A stretch of DNA of 64,000 bases. It comes from Candidatus Woesearchaeota archaeon. GTDB lineage: Archaea; Nanobdellota; Nanobdellia; Woesearchaeales; JACPIF01. The stretch is from contig JACPIF010000008.1 of assembly GCA_016188215.1 (NCBI GenBank), positions 101,439-165,438 of the forward strand, read 5' to 3'. Positions 57,424 to 64,000 of this stretch are shown piece by piece. Numbering within the stretch: position 1 is the stretch's first letter; each line of letters opens with the position of its first letter. Both the position numbers and the translations under genes were made by a program. Under the pieces are notes generated by a model that was not told the origin of the DNA, did no database searches, and was given only the letters and a program-made list of their open reading frames with translations.

Positions 57424-58365
57424 ATGAGCAGAGAGAAAATACTCGCATTTGTCAGGGCGCAAGGGCCAGTCATACCTTCACAGATAGCAAAAGAAGTAGG
57501 CACCAACATACTATTTGCGTCTGCAATGCTTTCTGAGCTGGTTGCGCGGAAGGAACTCAAGGTTTCCTCTGTAAAGATTGGGGGAAGCCCTCTCTATTAT
57601 ATCCCCGGGCAGGAAGCGCAGCTTGAGCAATATTCCGGCAAGCTGCATGAGAAAGAGAGGCAGGCATTTGAGCAGCTCAAGGAAAAAAGGGTGCTGCGCG
57701 ATATCCAGCAGGCGCCGGTGACAAGAGTGGCGCTCAGGTCCCTGAAGGATTTTGCAGTGCCTCTTGAGGTATCTTTCAACAATCAGACAGAAATATTCTG
57801 GAAATGGCATACCTTTAATTCCCAGGAAGCTGAGCAAGTTATCAGAAGCCAATTGTCGCAGATCCCCGCCAGACAGATTCAAGAAAAAATAGAAAAGGCC
57901 GTGCATGCTCCCATTGGGCACACTACAGAAATAGCAGGAACTACAGCCACAACCCAAACTTTACCGACTTCTGCCTCTCCAGTACTTGCAAAAGCCTCTG
58001 AAGAAAGGTCAGGCAAGCAAAAACGGGCTGGAAAGCGAAAATCCAATATTAATGAAGCTCAAGGACCATTTTCTGCGAAGGTGCAAAAATTCTTTGGAGA
58101 GAACCATGCTGTTGTACAAAGCTCTGAAGTGAAAAGGAATGGTGAGTCTGAAGGATTAATACAGCTTCCAACGCCTTTTGGTGATATATCTTACTATTAC
58201 CTTGCCAAAAATAAGAAAGCAATTACTGAGAAAGATATCAGCGAGGCCCTGGCAAAGGCGCAGCTGCATAACACCTCTATTGTTATATTTTCAACAGGTG
58301 AGCTGAATAAAAAGGCGCAGCAGATGCTGCAGAGCTTCAAGACAGTCCATTTCAAGCAGCTTTGA
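57424..58365 (+). CDS. winged-helix protein with low-complexity linker and conserved C-terminal domain, hypothetical
   Basis: N-terminal wH-like IPSQIAKEVGTNILFASAMLSELVARKELKVSSVKIGGSPLYYIP; no catalytic motif; function unknown. Confidence 0.35.
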   Translation: MSREKILAFVRAQGPVIPSQIAKEVGTNILFASAMLSELVARKELKVSSVKIGGSPLYYIPGQEAQLEQYSGKLHEKERQAFEQLKEKRVLRDIQQAPVTRVALRSLKDFAVPLEVSFNNQTEIFWKWHTFNSQEAEQVIRSQLSQIPARQIQEKIEKAVHAPIGHTTEIAGTTATTQTLPTSASPVLAKASEERSGKQKRAGKRKSNINEAQGPFSAKVQKFFGENHAVVQSSEVKRNGESEGLIQLPTPFGDISYYYLAKNKKAITEKDISEALAKAQLHNTSIVIFSTGELNKKAQQMLQSFKTVHFKQL

Positions 58366-58444
58366 CGAGACTATCAATGAGACCTCAAAATAGCAATACT
58401 ATAATTCGGAATACAGAGCAACATAGGCTACAATATAGGCTACA

Positions 58445-59493
58445 ATGGGGGTAAAACTAACAGAATTACTGACTCTGCGCGAGCTTGAGTTCAAGGATTT
58501 GAAAGGAAAGACAATAGCAGTGGATGCGTCAAACTGGATATACCAATTCCTTGCTGTTATCCGGCAGCCTGACGGCACGCCGCTTACCGATGCTGAAGGA
58601 AACATAACTTCTCATCTTATGGGATTATTCACAAGAAACCTAAAACTGGTACAGCTCGGCATCAATCTGGTATACATATTTGACGGCAAGTCACCAGAGC
58701 TTAAGCTTGTGACTCAACAAAAAAGAGAAGCTGCAAAGCATAAGGCAGCAGCTTCGTATACACAAGCGGTTGAGAGCAAAAATGTTGAAGGCATGCGGAA
58801 ATACGCGTCTATGACATCCAGGCTAACGCCTGCAATGGTGCAGGAATCAAAACAATTACTGAATCAAAACAATTACTAACAGCCCTTGGCATACCTATAG
58901 TGCAGGCCCCTTCTGAAGCAGAAGCACAGGCTGCATTCATCGTAAAGCAGAATGACGCATTCGCCATAGGCTCGCAGGATGCAGACTCGCTTCTATTCGG
59001 GGCACCCCGGACAGTCAGGAACTTAACCTTCTCAGGAAAGCGAAGGACAGGAGCTGCCAAATATGTCGTAGTAAAGCCAGAGATGATTGATCTGAAGGAG
59101 AATTTAGCGCACCTAGGTATCACACAGAGACAGTTAATAACATTATCTATGCTTGTCGGCACGGATTATAATCATGGAGGCATCCCTGGCATCGGACCAA
59201 AAAAGGCATTGCAGCTTGTAAAGAAGTATGGCACTAATTTTGATGAGATGTTTGCCTCAGTGGACTGGCAGGCACACTTTTCATATCCCTGGCAGGAGGT
59301 TTTTGATACATTTATGAATATCCCTATAGAGAAGAACTATTCATGGAAACCGCAAAATCCTGACCGCAGAACTATCCTTTCACTTCTGATTGAAAAACAC
59401 GGATTCTCAGAGGAAAGGGTACTGAGCCTGCTTGACCCATATCTTGAATTCTGCAAGAAGCGGCAGAAAGGATTGGGTGAATTCTTTGGCTAA
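58445..59493 (+). CDS. fen1: flap endonuclease FEN1, interrupted by a 17-bp tandem duplication (frameshift; N part 58445..58879, C part resumes in frame +2)
   Basis: N domain MGVKLTEL...IAVDASNWIYQFL...; after removing one 17-nt copy the frame reads ...[32 protein letters not shown] (canonical FEN1 I-domain start); H3TH GIPGIGPKKALQLVKKYG; as it stands the gene is split into two ORFs. Confidence 0.85.
58844..58877. repeat. perfect 2x17-bp tandem duplication (GAATCAAAACAATTACT) inside fen1 creating a frameshift and premature stop
   Basis: Read directly: cagGAATCAAAACAATTACTGAATCAAAACAATTACTaacagcc; 17 mod 3 = 2; stop TAA at 58877-58879. Confidence 0.9.
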
Positions 59494-60319
59494 GATAACT
59501 TTGAAAGACCTGCTGAAAGGAAAGCTAACAGCAGCAGAGCTGCAGCTAGTAAGGAGCAGCTACGATGTTATAGGGAACATAGCGGTGCTGGACATACCAA
59601 AAGAGCTCAAGAAAAAGGAGAAGCAGATTGCGGAAGCAGTACAGCAACACCATAAGAATATACAGACTGTTGCGAAGCGCGCAGGGATTCATGAGGGGAT
59701 ATATAGAACCCAAAAAGTGCGCATCATCCTTGGGAAAAAGACAACAGAGACTACACATAAGGAAAGCTCAGCATTGGTCAAACTGGACATAACAAAAGTG
59801 TATTTTTCACCAAGGCTGGCAAGCGAGCGGCTGAGGATAGCACACCTAGTCAGACCCGGCGAAAAAATCCTGGTAATGTTCTCCGGGGTCGCGGTGTATC
59901 CCGCTGTCATTGCAAAGAATTCAAAAGCATTGATAATATACGGGATTGAGAAGAACCCGGCTGCACACAGGTATGCGCAGGAGACTATCCTCTTAAATAA
60001 ACTGCAAGACAGGGTTGTGCTCAAGAAGGGAGACGTAAAGAAAATTGCTGCAACACTTCCACTTAAATTTGACAGGATCATCATGCCGCTTCCAAAAGAT
60101 GCATACGGATACCTCGCGGAAGCAGTGCATGCAGCTGGCAGGAGATGCACCATCCATTACTATGCCTTTGGCAGCCTAGAGCAAGCACCCCATATTGCGC
60201 AATCTATCAAGGAATCTGTAAATGAATTAGGAAGGCCATGCAAAATTATGGGAATTGTTAAGTGCGGGCAATATTCTCCAGGTATTTACAGGCTCTGCAT
60301 TGATCTTAATATCTTGTAA
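59432..60319 (+). CDS. trm5: tRNA (guanine37-N1)-methyltransferase Trm5 / Taw2-like class I SAM methyltransferase
   Basis: KDLLKGKLTAAELQLVRSSYDVIGNIAVL N-terminal pattern, ILVMFSGVAVYPAVIAK SAM-binding region, NPAAH; start uncertain (ATG 59432 overlaps fen1 end; in-frame GTG 59477/TTG 59486 possible). Confidence 0.7.
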   Translation: MTHILNSARSGRKDWVNSLAKITLKDLLKGKLTAAELQLVRSSYDVIGNIAVLDIPKELKKKEKQIAEAVQQHHKNIQTVAKRAGIHEGIYRTQKVRIILGKKTTETTHKESSALVKLDITKVYFSPRLASERLRIAHLVRPGEKILVMFSGVAVYPAVIAKNSKALIIYGIEKNPAAHRYAQETILLNKLQDRVVLKKGDVKKIAATLPLKFDRIIMPLPKDAYGYLAEAVHAAGRRCTIHYYAFGSLEQAPHIAQSIKESVNELGRPCKIMGIVKCGQYSPGIYRLCIDLNIL

Positions 60320-60533
60320 CTGTTCAGAATTGAACAAACTACGGCAGCTTCAAGATTCACAAGTTTTTAAAACCCAGCATGAGAAATACATAGTGGTGCA
60401 TAATGCACGAGGAAGACGTGAACACCCTGGGAGCTTAGGCGATGACCGACGGAAGTAACTGCTGAGTGCATGCAAAACCAAGAAATCCACCTATATCATT
60501 GGCACAATCTTAAAAAATAAAAAGTTCCCTGAA

Positions 60534-61694
60534 TCAGCCAAACATCTTCAAGTAATCTTTTCCTTCAATCTCCTCTGCCCGCCTGACTTTTTCAATAGCC
60601 TGCTCAAAATCGTCAGCAGTCACCCTGGAACGGCTGTCACGTATCGCAAAATAACCTGCTTCTGTGCACGTTGCCTTTATCTCCGCGCCTGAGAAATTAT
60701 CCATGCGTGCCACCAGGCTGTCAAAGTCAACATCCCTGTCACAGTTCATGGAATTAGTATGAATCTTTAGGATCTGTTTCCTTCCTTCCTTGTCAGGCAA
60801 ATCAATCTTGATGAGCCTGTCAAGCCGGCCGGGCCTTGTAATAGCTGGATCAAGAATATCCTTACGATTTGTGCAGCCAACAATCTTTACATTTCCCAAT
60901 GGCTTGAACCCGTCTATTTCCGCAAGGAGTTGCATGAAGGTGCGCTGCACTTCCCTCTCGCCTGAGGTGCCTATGTCAATACGCGTAGCTGCAAGAGCAT
61001 CAAGCTCGTCAATGAAAATTATGGCAGGGGCCCGGTCCTTGGCCAACTGGAAAATCTCTTTCACAAGCTTAGCACCTTCCCCAATAAATTTCTGCACCAG
61101 CTCTGAGCCTACAATCTCAATGAATGTTGAATTTGTTGAAGAGGCGACTGCCTTAGCCAGCAGCGTCTTCCCTGTACCCGGAGGGCCGTGCAGAAGCACG
61201 CCTTTCGGCGGCTGGATACCAACTTTCTTGAACAGCTCAGGCGATTTCAGAGGAAGCTCAACAACTTCCTTGATCTCCTCCACCTGCCGCCGAAGGCCGC
61301 CTATCTCAGACCATTGCACCTTTGGATTATCAATGATGACAAACTTCTCAACATTAAACTTCTTGGTATTCTGGATCTTTCTTACCACTGTAAGATTTTT
61401 CTGCTCAGCCAGAACTGTATCGCCTGTGCGCACAGGCGGGCATTCGTGCGCTATCTCAACCAAAAATTCATTACCATTCTGCAATCTTACTACAGCATGC
61501 TTGTCCAGGATGTCATATACCTCACATACAATAAGAGGAGGCTTCTTGAATTTTTCAAGCTCAACCCGCAGGCTCTCAACAGTCTCCTTGAGCAGCCTGT
61601 TCTCTTCCTCAAGCTGAGGAATATGGGTTGCATAATTATATATCATGGAATCAAGCATTTCCTTGTCCTTTTCCTTTGAATCTGAATTATCCAT
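60534..61694 (-). CDS. pan: proteasome-activating nucleotidase PAN (AAA+ ATPase)
   Basis: 386 aa; N-terminal coiled coil, Walker A VLLHGPPGTGKTLLAKAVA, Walker B IIFIDELDA, second region of homology, C-terminal hydrophobic-Tyr-X-like tail. Confidence 0.85.
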   Translation of the reverse strand: MDNSDSKEKDKEMLDSMIYNYATHIPQLEEENRLLKETVESLRVELEKFKKPPLIVCEVYDILDKHAVVRLQNGNEFLVEIAHECPPVRTGDTVLAEQKNLTVVRKIQNTKKFNVEKFVIIDNPKVQWSEIGGLRRQVEEIKEVVELPLKSPELFKKVGIQPPKGVLLHGPPGTGKTLLAKAVASSTNSTFIEIVGSELVQKFIGEGAKLVKEIFQLAKDRAPAIIFIDELDALAATRIDIGTSGEREVQRTFMQLLAEIDGFKPLGNVKIVGCTNRKDILDPAITRPGRLDRLIKIDLPDKEGRKQILKIHTNSMNCDRDVDFDSLVARMDNFSGAEIKATCTEAGYFAIRDSRSRVTADDFEQAIEKVRRAEEIEGKDYLKMFG

Positions 61695-61703
61695 TTTAAG
61701 TTG

Positions 61704-63032
61704 CTAGAGCTCCAAAGGCCTGGTTATATTTAAACCTTTCACCAACACGCTTGGCGTGACGACCGGGTTCTCAACTTCCCATCCCCTTATCTGCTTGCCA
61801 TCATTCGCAATTGCCTGAATACTTTGCAGGATGTGCAGCATGTTCTCACTAATTCTGATATTCTTGATTGGATGCTTTATCTTGCCATCCTCAACATAGA
61901 AGATGCCGTCCCTTGGAATTGTTGAGAAATCGCCAGTAGTCATATTCTGCGAGCGGGTATACCATACATTAGTGACGTATATACCTTTTTTGATCTGACC
62001 CAGAAGACCCTTCTGGGATTCCCTGCCAGGCGCCAGGATTATATTCCTCGGATGAGGAGCAATCAATCCAGCGTTTGCGGTAGTAACTGTCCCATATTTG
62101 CGCGCGGTAGAAGTATTATGAAGATAATTCTTGAAGATACCGTGCTCAATGATCGCTGTCTTTTTGCTGGGAACACCTTCCGCATCACATATTGAAGAAG
62201 CCAATCCATTGTAAATAATGCCGGTATCATGCATAGTAACTATATCAGAAGCAACTTTCTTATTCACACTACCGCCAAAAAAGGAGAATCCTGCCTCCAC
62301 ATTGAACATGGATGCAGCATTGCCAACCATTTCCAGCAGGTTTGCAAAAGGCAGCGGCTCAAAGAGAATATCAAATTTCCCAAAGCTTCCTTCCTTTGGA
62401 TTCCTTGCCATCACTGCAATCTCAGCTGCTTTTCTTGCAGCCTGCTCAAATTTCCAATTTTTAAGTGTCCTTGAAACTGCAAGGTCGTGGCCTGAGGCAT
62501 CCTTATCGGTAAACGCACGTAGAGAGAAATATAAAGTTGAGCCTTTTTCATTGACATCTGTATCCCCAGAGGTTAGAAGAAGATGTTCTGTTTCAGTAAG
62601 CTCAAGCACACCTGCTACACGTGAAGCGCCGTTGGCCAGCGCAGCATGTATGCCTCGCTCAGCAATATCGCCAAGCTTAGGAACCAGTGCACTGACACGC
62701 TTGTCGTATAAATCTTTTATCTTCTGATATTTGAACGGACCTTTTGCAATACCATAATAATCATGATTTTCAGCAGAAGCCTTTGCCAAAGTAATAACCT
62801 GCCTTACAATAGCATCAATATCTGCATCTGCTTGCTGCAGCGAGCATGATACCACCCTCTTGCCAAGCGCTGCAAAGATCTCAGTATTGTAGGTCTCCCA
62901 TGATTTCAGCACGCTTACCTTATTATTGCTGATCTTCGCGTGCTGCACACAGCTTTTTGAAAGTGCAACTATCGTATCGTCAGATACTTTACTAAGTTTC
63001 TTAAACAATTGCCGTGTGCCAGTTTCATCCAT
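61704..63032 (-). CDS. pmbA: TldD/PmbA-family metalloprotease (PmbA/TldE-like partner)
   Basis: 442 aa, PmbA_TldD domain layout; 9-nt gap to pan; paired with tldD upstream. Confidence 0.65.
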   Translation of the reverse strand: MDETGTRQLFKKLSKVSDDTIVALSKSCVQHAKISNNKVSVLKSWETYNTEIFAALGKRVVSCSLQQADADIDAIVRQVITLAKASAENHDYYGIAKGPFKYQKIKDLYDKRVSALVPKLGDIAERGIHAALANGASRVAGVLELTETEHLLLTSGDTDVNEKGSTLYFSLRAFTDKDASGHDLAVSRTLKNWKFEQAARKAAEIAVMARNPKEGSFGKFDILFEPLPFANLLEMVGNAASMFNVEAGFSFFGGSVNKKVASDIVTMHDTGIIYNGLASSICDAEGVPSKKTAIIEHGIFKNYLHNTSTARKYGTVTTANAGLIAPHPRNIILAPGRESQKGLLGQIKKGIYVTNVWYTRSQNMTTGDFSTIPRDGIFYVEDGKIKHPIKNIRISENMLHILQSIQAIANDGKQIRGWEVENPVVTPSVLVKGLNITRPLEL

Positions 63033-63049
63033 TTTATTTTTTCCAATTT

Positions 63050-63251
63050 ATTATTGAAAATTCATTGGTTTAAAACACCTTGCTTTAGCATGAATTTTCA
63101 ATCCCGCAAACTTGCCTATCAATCACGAGGCGCAATCAAAACCCCAGCTTTTAAGCTGGGGATTGCGCCGAGTGGCAAGTTTGCGTTATTTGATATCTTA
63201 CATCTTCCCAAATCTGGATTTATCTTTATTGAAAATTCATTGGTTTAAAAC
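63050..63251. repeat. two 26-nt direct repeats (TTATTGAAAATTCATTGGTTTAAAAC at 63050-63075 and 63226-63251) flanking a 41-nt two-stem hairpin (63129-63169)
   Basis: Read directly; hairpin GGCGCAAT c aaaa CCCCAGCTT tt AAGCTGGGG ATTGCGCC; lies between tldD stop and pmbA start. Confidence 0.8.
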
Positions 63252-63257
63252 CCCTAC

Positions 63258-64000
63258 CTATCTCATTTGTACGTTTCGCAGCCTGATTGACGGGCCGCCC
63301 AGCCAGACCGGGATGCCCTGCATAGGCTCTCCTTTTCCACAATCGCCTGCATGATACTCAAGATTGTCAGCTGCTGCGTCCACTGCCTTCCAGAGAATAG
63401 GCGTAGCTATTTCCAGCACTGGCTGGAATACAGGCGCTACTATCTCCCCGTTCCTTATGAGATATGCCTCTGCCCCAACATATTTCTGATTGTAGCGCTT
63501 GTCATCAATATTCCATTCAGTAAAACTCTTCATGTAAATCCCTTCCTTTATGTCCTCAAGCAGCTCATCCTCGCTGTAATCACCCGGAGCAAGATATGTA
63601 TTGGACATACGCACTATAGATTCCTTGTCATACTCACTCGCCCGCGAGCTGCCGTTGCTTTTCATATTGCAGGCAGCAGCAGTCTGCCTGTTATGGAGAA
63701 ATTCGTTGATTATGCCCTGTTTTATAAGCACCTTCTTCCTTGCCTTGACACCTTCGTTGTCGTATAAATAAAATCCGTTACTGTTAACGATTGTTGGATC
63801 GTCAATGACTGTAACCTCGTTGCTTCCAATGCGGGTGCCTAACATGTCCAGGCTGACAAAAGATTCGCCTGCCTGCGCAGCCTCCCTTCCCAGAATACGA
63901 TCCGCTTCGAAAGGATGGCCAACGCTTTCGTGCACCATGATACCGCTGATCTCAGAGCCGCATACAACATCTATAGCTTTCTTTGGCGCCCTGATGCCCT
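63258..64000 (-). CDS. tldD: TldD metalloprotease (N-terminus beyond window end)
   Basis: HESVGHPFE (HExxxH zinc-binding) at the track ORF start; reading frame stays open upstream to the window edge (...GIRAPKKAIDVVCGSEISGIMVHESVGHPFE), so gene is partial. Confidence 0.75.
   Translation of the reverse strand, partial: GIRAPKKAIDVVCGSEISGIMVHESVGHPFEADRILGREAAQAGESFVSLDMLGTRIGSNEVTVIDDPTIVNSNGFYLYDNEGVKARKKVLIKQGIINEFLHNRQTAAACNMKSNGSSRASEYDKESIVRMSNTYLAPGDYSEDELLEDIKEGIYMKSFTEWNIDDKRYNQKYVGAEAYLIRNGEIVAPVFQPVLEIATPILWKAVDAAADNLEYHAGDCGKGEPMQGIPVWLGGPSIRLRNVQMR

Noticed and set aside
60320-60533. Box C/D sRNA in the Trm5/PAN convergent gap (GCGATGA ... CTGCTGA)
   Set aside because: Only one C-like and one D-like box 13 nt apart, no C'/D partner or terminal stem; insufficient.
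63050-63251. Possible mini-CRISPR (two identical 26-nt repeats)
   Set aside because: Only two copies, spacer about 150 nt containing a hairpin, no cas genes; not a CRISPR array.

Overview
Archaeal chromosomal window; dense overlapping genes and PolD, Cdc6, MCM, RadA, RadB, TBP, aIF2-beta, Hjc, EndA and PAN suggest a small-genome euryarchaeon or DPANN-type lineage, but the taxon is not resolved. No rRNA, tRNA (no T-loop signature found in any intergenic region), CRISPR array or recognisable transposase was found.

Three blocks.
(1) 1-17.6 kb: a GlmM-like mutase, HTH regulators and aMBF1, then a glycosylation cluster (GT-C membrane transferases, a QxxRW GT2, a thioredoxin-like protein, a Wzx-like flippase, with a RadB-like ATPase embedded). 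After that come rps2, ligT, a TRAM protein, a small PC4-like ORF co-operonic with radA, and RPA.
(2) 17.9-37.8 kb: about 20 kb entirely on the minus strand encoding at least 15 secreted or membrane proteins. Most have type IV pilin-like N-termini (class III signal peptide-like), including three small ORFs under 60 aa not in the ORF track, in ATGA-coupled operons. The block also holds a VanY/M15-type peptidase and two giant cysteine-rich surface proteins (one with TSP3-like Ca-binding repeats). This is the best candidate for an undescribed surface-appendage or host-interaction system.
(3) 37.9-64 kb: a replication and information-processing island. It holds speH-speE, a UbiA-family prenyltransferase, a degenerate ThiI-like gene, tbp, mcm, an RPA32-like OB/wH protein, aIF2-beta with DUF424, and the Pyrococcus-type arrangement PolD large subunit, PolD small subunit, cdc6/orc1 and a predicted oriC (ORB elements flanking an AT-rich DUE). 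After oriC come a TrmB-like regulator, hjc, rnz, endA, fen1, trm5, PAN and pmbA/tldD.

Main observations: two perfect short tandem duplications (13 bp and 17 bp) that frameshift the giant adhesin gene and fen1; an ORB-half-site-like motif (ATGTCCAGTG) upstream of mcm and of the radA operon and inside oriC; several structured non-coding regions.
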